A stretch of DNA of 64,000 nucleotides, from the NCBI GenBank assembly GCA_022819645.1, contig JAJEGU010000006.1, positions 6,620 to 70,619 on the forward strand, read 5' to 3'. Position 1 is the first letter of the stretch. Every line of letters starts with the position of its first letter. The position numbers and the translations under genes are program-made. This document shows, in pieces, positions 55,790 to 64,000 of this stretch. This DNA comes from Pseudomonadales bacterium (GTDB lineage Bacteria; Pseudomonadota; Gammaproteobacteria; Pseudomonadales; Pseudohongiellaceae). Under the pieces are notes generated by a model. That model searched no databases and was not told the DNA's origin. It worked only from the letters and a program-made list of their open reading frames with translations.

Positions 55790-56048
55790 CCCATCCCGTG
55801 ATTCTGCGTACCCCCCCTCGTCATTCTGCGCGTTGCGAAGCGGAGTCGTGGGTGAGACCCGGTCGCCGCAGCCGACGAAAAGCACCGCTTTTGGAGGGTC
55901 GAATGGTTCGACAGGATGTCGAAACCGGGGCTAATCGAATTCAGTGAATTCGCGCCATGGACGGCATGAACAACCCCACAGAATCCCCGATAAGATTCTG
56001 CGACTGCGCGCAGAATGACGGGATGGGGGTACAGAATGACGGGATGGG
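55790..56048. repeat. composite 259-bp MITE-like element built from family-1 repeat arms
   Basis: The left terminus is CCCATCCCGTGATTCTGCGTACCCCCCCTCGTCATTCTGCGCG (55790-55832). The right terminus is CGCGCAGAATGACGGGATGGGGGTACAGAATGACGGGATGGG (56007-56048). They are imperfect inverted repeats of about 42 nt. There is no plausible ORF inside. Confidence 0.75.
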
Positions 56049-56160
56049 CAACGGATGGCATCTCCGGAATTCTTCCGTTCCCTGATTACTATGTGCTAAC
56101 TTCCATTCGTCGGGAACTGAATGTTGCAAGCGACTTGCCCGCAGCCCCGGGAGTGGCGCG

Positions 56161-56769
56161 ATGCAGGACCGAGAAAACCAGCCGCCGGCGCAGGAAACCT
56201 TGTCCGATTTGGAATCACTGCGTCGGCAAGTGGAATACCTGCGCGCCCTCGTCCATACCGACGAGCTCACCGGCCTGTCGAACCTGCGCCATTTCAACCA
56301 CACCCTCAGCCTCGAACTCGAGCGCACCCGGCGCAGCGGCCAGCCTACCTGCCTGATCCTGATGGATATCGACCAATTCAAGACCGTAAACGACAGCTAT
56401 GGCCACGAAGTCGGTAATTCGGTGCTTTGTCATCTCGCCCAACTCATCCAGGGCGCGATCCGCCGCCTCGACACCCCCTGCCGCCTCGGTGGCGACGAAT
56501 TCGCCATCATCCTGCCCTCCACCAATCTCGAACAGGGAATCCGGCTATCCCGGCGGTTGCAAACCCAATTCGGGCGCTCGCCCTTTCAAATGGGCGACAT
56601 CCACTGGAAAATCCAGGCCAGCACCGGAGTCGGCGTCTACGAGGCCGAAGACGGCGAACTCGCCGAAAGGGATTTCGTAGAAGCCGTGGATCAGTTGCTG
56701 TACCTGTCCAAACGCGACGACCGCAACCGCGTCGGTCATTCACTCGCTATGCAGCCACATCAAGAGTGA
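56161..56769 (+). CDS. diguanylate cyclase (stand-alone GGDEF with an N-terminal coiled coil)
   Basis: DELTGLSNLRHF, MDIDQFKTVNDSYGHEVGNSVL and an intact RLGGDEFAIIL. Confidence 0.85.
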   Translation: MQDRENQPPAQETLSDLESLRRQVEYLRALVHTDELTGLSNLRHFNHTLSLELERTRRSGQPTCLILMDIDQFKTVNDSYGHEVGNSVLCHLAQLIQGAIRRLDTPCRLGGDEFAIILPSTNLEQGIRLSRRLQTQFGRSPFQMGDIHWKIQASTGVGVYEAEDGELAERDFVEAVDQLLYLSKRDDRNRVGHSLAMQPHQE

Positions 56770-56977
56770 CGTGCATTTTTAGATTTTCCACACGAACGGG
56801 ATCATCTTCCAGCGTGGCCCATACATGTCGAATCGATTTCCAGTATTCATTTTTTGAGCCTCTTCAGTATTGTCAAAGCTGCTTCAATGCGTGAGTATGC
56901 GTAGTCTGGAACTGCGAAATAGCACACATGAAATCACTGAAACAGCGCCTGAATTGCTCTCTGGAAGGCGGACTCTC

Positions 56978-58261
56978 ATGAGGCGCCCGGCCGTACTGGA
57001 CGTATTCGCCGGCGTCGGAGGACTGAGCCTTGGTTTTGAACAGGCCGGATTCGACATCACGGCGGCTATCGAGATCGATCCGGTTCACGCGGCCACCCAC
57101 GAGTACAATTTTCCGTTGTGTCGGATGCACTGCGCCGACGCGACCGAGATATCCGGAACCGCCATCAGGCAAGAGCTATCGGGGCAGATCGACGTAATCG
57201 TCGGGGGTGCGCCTTGCCAGGGCTTTTCCATGATTGGCAAACGTGCTCTGGAAGATCCGCGGAACCAGCTCATCAAGCATTTTCTCCGTCTGGTAGTCGA
57301 ACTCGAACCGCCCGTATTCGTACTTGAGAACGTTCGTGGACTTACCGTCGGGGGGCATCGCCAACTCCTTGACGAATTGACCGTTGAGTTCGAGGCAGCG
57401 GGATACTCGGTGACGCTCCCTTGGCAGGTATTGAATGCACGTCATTTTGGAGTTCCCCAAGACCGGCAACGTCTCTTTCTGATGGGCGCCAAGGACGCAG
57501 TCGCTCCACGATACCCGATCGCTGAGATTCTCGTGCCTACGCCGACATGCCAAGACGCTCTGGACGATCTGCCAGACGCTGAGCAATATGACGAACTGAT
57601 TTGTTCCGACAGCGTGTTTGTTGGAGAGCCGACATCAAGTTTAAGCGCATACGCCAAGGAGATGAGGTGCCTCGGCAGCGAAGCCTGGCACAACGGGTAT
57701 GTACGCGAGTGGGACCCGAGACTCATGACGGCGAGTTTGCGAACGGCTCACACCGAAATCTCGCGAAGAAGATTTCGTAAAACAAAGCCCGCCGCCGTCG
57801 AACCCATCTCGCGGTTTTACAAGTTGGCCACGGGAGGAGTGTCGAATACGTTGCGCGCCGGAACTGACTCCGCTCGTGGCGCTTTCACGAGCCCCAGGCC
57901 GATTCACTATCGCTATGACCGTTGTGTCACGGTTAGGGAAATGGCACGGCTCCACGGGTTTCCCGACTGGTTCCGCTTTCACGTCACCAAGTGGCACGGT
58001 GGGCGGCAGATCGGAAATTCGGTGCCTCCGCCCTTGGCGAGAGCGGTTGCGGTTTCCGTGCGCGAGGCGCTGGGCGTAAAACCGATCCCCCCTGAGCGGT
58101 CTATCCCGCTAGGCTCTCCGGGATTGCTGGAAATGGACATGACAGAAGCCGCCGCCTATTGGAGCGTGGACGTTCCCATCGCAAGACGAGACCGGAAGAG
58201 CGGTGCCACCAAGCGTAAGCAGCAGGATATCGAGCGAGAACTCGCTCGCGCCAGCGCATGA
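56978..58261 (+). CDS. DNA (cytosine-5)-methyltransferase
   Basis: Motif I VLDVFAGVGGLSLGF, motif IV GGAPCQGFS, motif VI ENV, motif VIII QDRQRLF and motif X GNSVPPPLA. I prefer the start at ATG 56978 (RBS GGAAGG). In-frame alternatives are at 56870 and 56897. Confidence 0.9.
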   Translation: MRRPAVLDVFAGVGGLSLGFEQAGFDITAAIEIDPVHAATHEYNFPLCRMHCADATEISGTAIRQELSGQIDVIVGGAPCQGFSMIGKRALEDPRNQLIKHFLRLVVELEPPVFVLENVRGLTVGGHRQLLDELTVEFEAAGYSVTLPWQVLNARHFGVPQDRQRLFLMGAKDAVAPRYPIAEILVPTPTCQDALDDLPDAEQYDELICSDSVFVGEPTSSLSAYAKEMRCLGSEAWHNGYVREWDPRLMTASLRTAHTEISRRRFRKTKPAAVEPISRFYKLATGGVSNTLRAGTDSARGAFTSPRPIHYRYDRCVTVREMARLHGFPDWFRFHVTKWHGGRQIGNSVPPPLARAVAVSVREALGVKPIPPERSIPLGSPGLLEMDMTEAAAYWSVDVPIARRDRKSGATKRKQQDIERELARASA

Positions 58262-59037
58262 GTTACGATGCAATAATCGAGCGCGTTTTCTTTGACCGGT
58301 ACCAAGCCGGTTATGTCGAAGTCGAATTCGTTAGAGACGATCTTATTGGCGCGGCGAAGGTTCTCGGTGTATCCGTTCCCAAAAACCTGGGAGACATTAT
58401 TTACACCTTTCGTTATCGCCGCCCTCTGCCCAAAGCCATCCTGGAGACCGCGCCTTCCGATAGAGAGTGGACGATTCGCGGGTCAGGATTGGCTGCCTAC
58501 AAATTCCGTCTGGTTGGCGTTAATCGAATCGTTCCGACTACCATGCGGATGACGATCAAGATTCCGGATGCAACACCGGAAATCGTCGCAGCCCATTCCA
58601 TGTCGGACGAGCAAGCGCTCCTGGCGAGGATTCGATACAACCGTCTGATCGATGTATTTCTGGGTGTGTCGGCATACTCGCTTCAAAATCACCTGCGCAC
58701 CACAGTCCAGCAGATTGGTCAGATTGAAGTGGACGAAATTTACGTTGCGGTCGACAGCACGGGAAGGCAATTCATTCTTCCTGTCCAGGCAAAGGGTGGA
58801 AGCGACCAACTGTCGGTTATTCAATCGGAACAGGATTTCCTGTGGTGTCAAGAAAGACTACCCGACTTGATTTGTCGCCCGATCCTCACCCAATTCGCCG
58901 AAAACAACCTGATCGCGATGTTCGAAGTCACGATGGAGAACGAAGAAATCAGGGTCGTGCAGGAGAGGCACTATCGACTAGTGCCAGCATCCGAAGTGAC
59001 GTCGGACGACCTTATTCGCTACCGCAACTCCGCATAG
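58258..59037 (+). CDS. putative type II restriction endonuclease partner (PD-(D/E)xK-like)
   Basis: Its start overlaps the methyltransferase stop (ATGA at 58258-58261). IEVDEIYVAVDSTGRQFILPVQAKGG fits a D...(E/Q)xK nuclease core. No specific enzyme family recognised. Confidence 0.5.
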   Translation: MSYDAIIERVFFDRYQAGYVEVEFVRDDLIGAAKVLGVSVPKNLGDIIYTFRYRRPLPKAILETAPSDREWTIRGSGLAAYKFRLVGVNRIVPTTMRMTIKIPDATPEIVAAHSMSDEQALLARIRYNRLIDVFLGVSAYSLQNHLRTTVQQIGQIEVDEIYVAVDSTGRQFILPVQAKGGSDQLSVIQSEQDFLWCQERLPDLICRPILTQFAENNLIAMFEVTMENEEIRVVQERHYRLVPASEVTSDDLIRYRNSA

Positions 59038-59125
59038 AGTATCGAATTCGATCAAAGAGTACATCGAATGGATAGGTGACCGAGGTCTCGATGGCGAGAA
59101 GCAGATAGAGGTCGGTAAGGGTGTT

Positions 59126-60172
59126 GTGTTGCTTACTTTCGTGCGAACGTTCGTGAACCCTGTTAGATTGTACTTTCACGGAATTGCTACACGATACCGC
59201 AGTTTTCGGCGCGCCCGCCAATCAGACGAGCGCTGGTACGTGGCTGGCGCAATTCGCCAGACGGACATCCATCCTCTGGAACTCGATATGATGCTGTTGT
59301 CCATTCTGAGAGGCGCAAGATCATTGCTTTCATCAAGAGATGTTCAACGCGATCTGAACAGTAACAGTTCATTTTGGGCAGTCCTTCAGCCTGTGCAGGA
59401 ATCTTTCAGGAATCAGATTTTTGTCGATGAAGCTACAGACTTTTCCCCGGTTCAGCTTGCTTGCATGTCGGCCCTATCACTACCGGCTATGCCCTCATTC
59501 TTTGCATGTGGTGATTTTAATCAACGGCTGTCTTCTTGGGGTACGCGCTCGGTCACAGAGGTCGAATGGGCTGATTCAAGAATAGGCATAGAGAGAGTCA
59601 CGGTTGGCTATAGACAAAGCCGAGAACTTAATGAGTTTGCCCGCGAGATTGTACGCATCGGGGGAGGAGCGGACTACGACGTGGTTCTTCCTGAACATGC
59701 GATTCGAGATGGATTCCCTCCCGTTCTGGCTGAGAACATGTGCAACGACCCAGATGTTGGCATCTGGCTCGCGGATCGCGTGACCGAAATCGAGAGATCT
59801 GTCGGTCAATTACCGTCAATAGCAATATTGGTTCCCGAAGAGGAACAGGTAAGATCAGTTGCTAAAGCGCTTCAGGAAACGCTAGCGGAACAAAACATCA
59901 ACGTGGTGGCATGTCCCGATGGCCAAGTTATCGGGCAAGACAACGACATACGCGTATTCGATGTGCAACACATAAAAGGACTTGAGTTCGAGGCAGTCTT
60001 CTTTAAGGATGTTGACCACTTGGCGGAAGTCTATCCAGATCTGTTCGACAAGTTTCTCTACGTAGGCGCAACTCGGGCGGCGACCTACCTGGGCCTGACG
60101 TGCTCAGGCTCGCTCCCCCCTGCGATCTCGAAACTGCGGCCGATGTTCTCAAAAGAATGGAGTGGAAAATGA
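59126..60172 (+). CDS. UvrD/Rep-type SF1 helicase C-terminal portion, lacking the Walker A half (possible pseudogene)
   Basis: VDEATDFSP (motif II-like), CGDFNQ (motif III-like), then KGLEFEAVFF and YVGATRAATYL (motifs V/VI-like). No P-loop exists in this ORF or in the 88 nt upstream. The first ATG is at 59288; the track start 59126 is GTG. Confidence 0.55.
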   Translation: MLLTFVRTFVNPVRLYFHGIATRYRSFRRARQSDERWYVAGAIRQTDIHPLELDMMLLSILRGARSLLSSRDVQRDLNSNSSFWAVLQPVQESFRNQIFVDEATDFSPVQLACMSALSLPAMPSFFACGDFNQRLSSWGTRSVTEVEWADSRIGIERVTVGYRQSRELNEFAREIVRIGGGADYDVVLPEHAIRDGFPPVLAENMCNDPDVGIWLADRVTEIERSVGQLPSIAILVPEEEQVRSVAKALQETLAEQNINVVACPDGQVIGQDNDIRVFDVQHIKGLEFEAVFFKDVDHLAEVYPDLFDKFLYVGATRAATYLGLTCSGSLPPAISKLRPMFSKEWSGK

Positions 60173-60210
60173 TCAGTACGGATTAAATCTGTCTTTTGGT
60201 GCTGTCCATG

Positions 60211-60813
60211 TCAGTCTGTCGTAGCGGGGTCATCTGCGCCAGCGCATAGCGCCGCCAGTCTGTGCAGTATGGCAGCCGTGGCGCCCCAGATTCGGTAGTC
60301 TTGCCAGGGGAGTTCCAGTGTGCCGCGGGTTTTGCCGGCGTGGAAGTAGCTGCTGCGGGCGTAGGCTTGTGGGTCGAGGATGAGCGCCAGGGGGGGCTGG
60401 AATATCTCGGCGACTTCCCGGGAGCAGGGAGTGAATTCGAGGCCCGGGGGTATCAGGCCGACCACCGGCGTTACGCGGAATCCCGAAGGCAGGTCCATGG
60501 GGCCGAGCCGGCCGATGACTTCCACCTGCTCCGGCGGCAGGCCGATCTCTTCTTCGGCTTCGCGCAGGGCCGTGGCGGCGGGGTTCCGGTCTCCCGCTTC
60601 CCTGGAGCCGCCGGGCAGGCTGATCTGGCCCGCATGGCTTTTGAGGTTTTCCGAGCGCACCGTCAGCACCACCTGGCTCGGCAATTGCGCCCGTTTTATG
60701 CCTGCAGCCGGATCGCCGCGATCTTCCGGCGAGCCGCCGCGCTTTTCGCCCACGCCAGAGGGCCGGGTAACCGGAATCAGCACCGCGGCTTCGCGCAGGG
60801 AATCCGGCTCCAC
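60211..60813 (-). CDS. NUDIX hydrolase, CoA pyrophosphatase-like
   Basis: Nudix box LPGGSREAGDRNPAATALREAEEEIGL, in a CoA-pyrophosphatase-type context (AAVLIPV...). Confidence 0.8.
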   Translation of the reverse strand: MEPDSLREAAVLIPVTRPSGVGEKRGGSPEDRGDPAAGIKRAQLPSQVVLTVRSENLKSHAGQISLPGGSREAGDRNPAATALREAEEEIGLPPEQVEVIGRLGPMDLPSGFRVTPVVGLIPPGLEFTPCSREVAEIFQPPLALILDPQAYARSSYFHAGKTRGTLELPWQDYRIWGATAAILHRLAALCAGADDPATTD

Positions 60814-60902
60814 GCCAAAACCCGTTGGATGGCTGATGGGTTTCAGCCTCCGCCTCGCCGGCGCCGCGAACAGCGCCAGCAGGGACTGAAGAGCGGGATC
60901 GT

Positions 60903-62972
60903 TTATCGGAAATTCCAGGTTGCCGCGATATGGACCCGGGCCGGCTGGCCGACGAAATAGCGGTCACCGGTGAAGGTGGTCCAGTCGGCGCGCTCGGCGT
61001 AGAAGTCGTCGAACACGTTGAGCACGGCGAAAGTCCACAACAGGTCTTCGTTCATCTGGTACTGGGCCCGGAGATTGAAGATGTCGTGGCCTTCGTAGGA
61101 AGCGGTGTTTTCCGGGTTGGTGAAGTATTCGCCCATGTTGACCCACTCGAATTCCGCCCGCAGCCTGTCGCTGGCCTGCCAGCTCAAGCGGTAATTGCCC
61201 CAGAGGTTTGGCGCGGTGTCGACTTCCTTGCCCTGGATGTCGATGCCGCCGGATAGCTGGGAATGTTCATAGCTGTGTTTGGCGTAGTTGCTCACCGCAT
61301 GCAGGGTAAGGGTATCGCTGAGGTCGTAGGCCAGCGCGAGTTCCAGACCCCGGTGGCTGGTGGCGGCGCCATTGAGATTTTCCCGGGAGCTGTTGGTGAT
61401 GATCTCGTTGTCCTTGTCCATGGCGTAGATGCTGGCGGAATAGCTCAGGGCGTCCACGCCGCCATTGAAGGCGACTTCGATACTGTCCAACTCCACCGAG
61501 TCGAGGTCGGCCACGGTCTGGGCATTCTGCAGGCGATACAACTCGGTTGCCTGGGGCGCCCGGAAACCGCGCTGGAGGCGGAAATCCACCCGGTTGTTGT
61601 CGTCGAGCCGGTAGCTCAGGGCGAGTTTGGGGGAAACATTGCTGAAGTCGTCGCCGCGGTCGGCGGGGCGGCTGTAGCGGCAGCCGCCGAAGCCGCAGGC
61701 GACGCCCTGGTCATTGGTGCGGCCGTCGAGCATCAGGTTGTCGTATTCATAATCGACTTTCTCGATGCGCAGGCCCAGGGAGAGGGTCCAGTCCTCCGCC
61801 AGCGGCTGGTCGTAGCTGAGGAAGCCGCCGATCATGCCGGCGTCCACGGTGAAGTCGTAGTGTTTGCCCTCGGGGATGGTATTGCGGAGAAAAGCCGAAC
61901 CCACCGTGGGATTGGCCTGGAACTGCAGCAGCTTGCCCGTGGTGGATTCACCGTCGATGCCTATGGCGAGGCGGCCGCCGTTTGCCACGTTCCGGTAGGC
62001 GCCGGACTGGAATCCCGCGCTGCGGTGGTAGAAATCCTCCACCGGGTCGCCCGGGAGAAAGTGTTGCATGAAGGTCATGTTCACTTCCCGGGCGTAGGGG
62101 GTGAATACCAGATCCCAGTCGCCGGATTCCCAGTTGAAGGAGGTCCACAGGCGCCCGTTGCGGCTGTCGCGGAAGGCTTCCGGGTTGGGGTTGGTCTTGC
62201 GCCGCTCGGCGTCCTCGTAGGCGTTTGCGCCGGTGACATAGCCCGCGGTTTCCTGATTCAGGTTGATCATGGTAAAGCCGCCGTCGAGCCGGACCCGGCC
62301 AAAGTCAAGCTCATACAGCCAGGTGAATTTCTGCTGATCGACGCCGCTGTCGGCCTGGTAGCCTTCTTCCTCCACGCCGTTGATGAGGAACAGGCTGGCG
62401 ACGCCTTCGTCTTCGGTGCCGAACTGCGCCTGATAGCGCTGGCTGCCCCGGGGGCCGGCCTCCAGGGTCAGCGAGCCCGCCTCGCCGGGTTCCGGCAGCA
62501 CCACGTTAATCAGCCCGTGCATGGCGTTCGATCCCCACAACGCACTGCTCGGGCCCCGCACCACTTCGATGCGCTCGGCGTTCTCGGTGTGGGCGTCGAA
62601 CATCTGATTGACGTTGCAGAAGGCGTTGGAGCGCAGGGGAATGCCATTCTCCGCCATGAGGAAGGCGCCGCAGGCGCCGGCGCCAGTGAGCACCGGAGAG
62701 CGAATCGAGGCCAGGCTTTCCTGGCCGTTATTGCGGTTCACATTGACCCCGGGAACGCGATTGAGCGCTTCCTGGTAATGGGTCAGGCGCAGCAGGGACA
62801 ATTCTTCCCGGCCGATCACCGAAACCGCCGCATTGACATCGGAAAGCCCTTCGGTCCTGCGGATATTCGATACGACCTGGATTTCCTCGATTGTCCGCTC
62901 CTGAGCCAGGGATTCGGTGGAAAGCGGCGTCAGGGCGCAGAAGATGGCGGCGGGAAGCAAACTTCGATTCAT
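60903..62972 (-). CDS. TonB-dependent outer-membrane receptor (about 690 aa), substrate unknown
   Basis: The start is placed at MNRSLLPAAIFCALTPLSTESLAQ (ATG 62972). There is a TonB-box-like IEEIQVVS and plug motifs (SVIGREEL, YQEALNRVPGVNV, SIRSP). The beta-barrel repeat character continues to the C-terminus. Confidence 0.85.
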   Translation of the reverse strand: MNRSLLPAAIFCALTPLSTESLAQERTIEEIQVVSNIRRTEGLSDVNAAVSVIGREELSLLRLTHYQEALNRVPGVNVNRNNGQESLASIRSPVLTGAGACGAFLMAENGIPLRSNAFCNVNQMFDAHTENAERIEVVRGPSSALWGSNAMHGLINVVLPEPGEAGSLTLEAGPRGSQRYQAQFGTEDEGVASLFLINGVEEEGYQADSGVDQQKFTWLYELDFGRVRLDGGFTMINLNQETAGYVTGANAYEDAERRKTNPNPEAFRDSRNGRLWTSFNWESGDWDLVFTPYAREVNMTFMQHFLPGDPVEDFYHRSAGFQSGAYRNVANGGRLAIGIDGESTTGKLLQFQANPTVGSAFLRNTIPEGKHYDFTVDAGMIGGFLSYDQPLAEDWTLSLGLRIEKVDYEYDNLMLDGRTNDQGVACGFGGCRYSRPADRGDDFSNVSPKLALSYRLDDNNRVDFRLQRGFRAPQATELYRLQNAQTVADLDSVELDSIEVAFNGGVDALSYSASIYAMDKDNEIITNSSRENLNGAATSHRGLELALAYDLSDTLTLHAVSNYAKHSYEHSQLSGGIDIQGKEVDTAPNLWGNYRLSWQASDRLRAEFEWVNMGEYFTNPENTASYEGHDIFNLRAQYQMNEDLLWTFAVLNVFDDFYAERADWTTFTGDRYFVGQPARVHIAATWNFR

Positions 62973-63143
62973 GATTCTCTCCAAGGCAGAATGCAGCCGA
63001 CGCTGCGAAATCGCCGCGCAAATATAACATGCCCCCGCTGCTTCCCCGGCGTAATTGATTGTTACGCCGGAATTTCTCATTTCGTGGCTCCGCAGATTCT
63101 TTCCGCCCTGTGCTATCTTTGCGCCCCGGGGAATTTTTCAGCC

Positions 63144-64000
63144 ATGTCCGCAGTCAGCACCGCCCGGGAGCGCCGTGTCATTGTCGCCATGGTGATCCTC
63201 AACTCGTTCACCACGCCGGTGAGCCTGTCGGCCACCAATGTGGCCCTGCCCGCAATCGCCGAACATTTCGCCCTCAGCGCCGCAGTGCTGAGTTGGGTGC
63301 CCATGGCCTACCTCATGGCGAGCGCCATGTTCATCCTGATCTTCGGGTGTCTGGCGGACCAGTTCGGGCGCGGGCGTCTGTTTCTTCTGGGCACATGCGC
63401 GATGGTCCTGTCCTCCTCTTATACCGGGCTGTCCGCCAACAGCTTCATGCTGTTCAGCGGCCGCTTTCTCCAGGGCGTCAGCGCCGCCATGCTCTATGCC
63501 ACGCATCTGGCGATCATCGCCTCGGCCTATCCGCCAAAACAGCGCGGCAAGGCCATTGGCATGGTGATTTCCTCGGTCTATGTGGGGCTCATGGCCGGCC
63601 CGGTGCTGGGTGGCCTCGTGACGGACGAGTTCGGCTGGCGGGGCAATTTCTTTCTGCATGTTCCCCTGTCCCTGGTGGTGCTGGTCATTGGTTACGGCCG
63701 GATTCGCGAAGCGACGCCGGCGGCCAGGCCCGCCTTCGACTATACCGGCGCCGCGCTGTACTGCCTTGCCATTCTGTTTCTTTGCCTGGGCGTCAGCGTA
63801 CTGCCAAGCGCCGCCAGCGCGCTGCTGTTGCTGCTTTTTGTCGCCGGGCTGGCGGTTTATGTCCGCTACGCCGCCTCCGCGCCGAACCCCATCTGGGATG
63901 TGCGGCTGTTCTTCGGCAATGCGATTTTCACCCGTTCCTGCGGTGCGGCGCTGATCATGTATACCGCCACCTACGCCAACATCGTCCTGCTCAGCCTCTA
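63144..64000 (+). CDS. MFS transporter (drug:H+ antiporter-like), 3' end off-window
   Basis: The frame is open from ATG 63144 to the window end, so it is absent from the track (no stop). It reads MSAVSTARERRVIVAMVILNSF...LADQFGRGRLFLLG...GRFLQGVSAAMLYA..., i.e. MFS motif A and DHA-type features. Confidence 0.8.
   Translation, partial: MSAVSTARERRVIVAMVILNSFTTPVSLSATNVALPAIAEHFALSAAVLSWVPMAYLMASAMFILIFGCLADQFGRGRLFLLGTCAMVLSSSYTGLSANSFMLFSGRFLQGVSAAMLYATHLAIIASAYPPKQRGKAIGMVISSVYVGLMAGPVLGGLVTDEFGWRGNFFLHVPLSLVVLVIGYGRIREATPAARPAFDYTGAALYCLAILFLCLGVSVLPSAASALLLLLFVAGLAVYVRYAASAPNPIWDVRLFFGNAIFTRSCGAALIMYTATYANIVLLSL

Noticed and set aside
56780-56860. A possible remnant of a Vsr-type mismatch endonuclease upstream of the C5-methyltransferase: a minus-strand 23-aa ORF reading MNTGNRFDMYGPRWKMIPFVWKI.
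   Set aside because: The only support is a vague resemblance of ..W-hydrophobic-..-F-V-W to Vsr/DUF559 C-termini. It is too short and too weak to support.
63073-63093. A Fur-box-like AT-rich stretch (GAAATGAGAAATTCC on the receptor's strand) upstream of the TonB-dependent receptor.
   Set aside because: My best hand alignment to GATAATGATAATCATTATC gave only about 8 of 19 matches.
62973-63143. A cobalamin or TPP riboswitch in the TonB-dependent receptor leader.
   Set aside because: I could not find a B12-box-like core or the TPP CUGAGA / ACCUGAU elements on either strand. Only an Infernal scan could settle this.

Overview
This is a GC-rich chromosome segment of gammaproteobacterial type. The evidence for that is the epmA-efp/epmB trio, mpl, nhaD and TonB-dependent receptors. 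I saw no rRNA, tRNA or CRISPR array.

The backbone contains:
- housekeeping genes (efp, epmA, epmB, mpl);
- c-di-GMP-type signalling proteins;
- a cluster of secreted M20 peptidases and an NHL propeller;
- a large carbohydrate-utilisation region (about 21-51.5 kb). It holds a LacI regulator, three GH13 alpha-glucan enzymes, a GH43, two sulfatases, a sugar ABC transporter, an SLC45-like MFS transporter and a TonB-dependent receptor. Interleaved with these are oxidative enzymes: a P450, two PhyH-type dioxygenases and a flavin halogenase.

Four accessory patches stand out by composition and context:
1. 1-3.7 kb is a decay zone. It has a frameshifted IS1595 transposase, an NHL-gene fragment, a methyltransferase fragment and low-GC orphan genes.
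2. About 8.95-11.0 kb is a 2-kb AT-rich insertion in the 3' end of a signalling gene. It is bracketed by a diverged 63-bp direct repeat that re-encodes that gene's C-terminus. It carries a two-gene operon (a HipA-like kinase plus an unknown partner with a DUF3037-like N-terminus) behind a sigma70 promoter with an embedded canonical LexA box. This is my best candidate for an undescribed system.
3. 30.26-31.96 kb is an XRE-ImmA/IrrE plus PIN-like pair with its own strong promoter and operator, wedged inside the sugar ABC operon.
4. 56.8-60.2 kb is a C5 cytosine methyltransferase plus a putative endonuclease plus an N-terminally truncated UvrD-like helicase.

Two families of palindromic intergenic repeats (REP/MITE-like) recur. 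A shared 14-bp LacI-type operator motif occurs in three promoter regions.

Start codons were chosen by eye (RBS, signal peptides, ATGA/GTGA coupling), so they are less certain than stop codons. All family assignments rest on motif recognition, not database searches.
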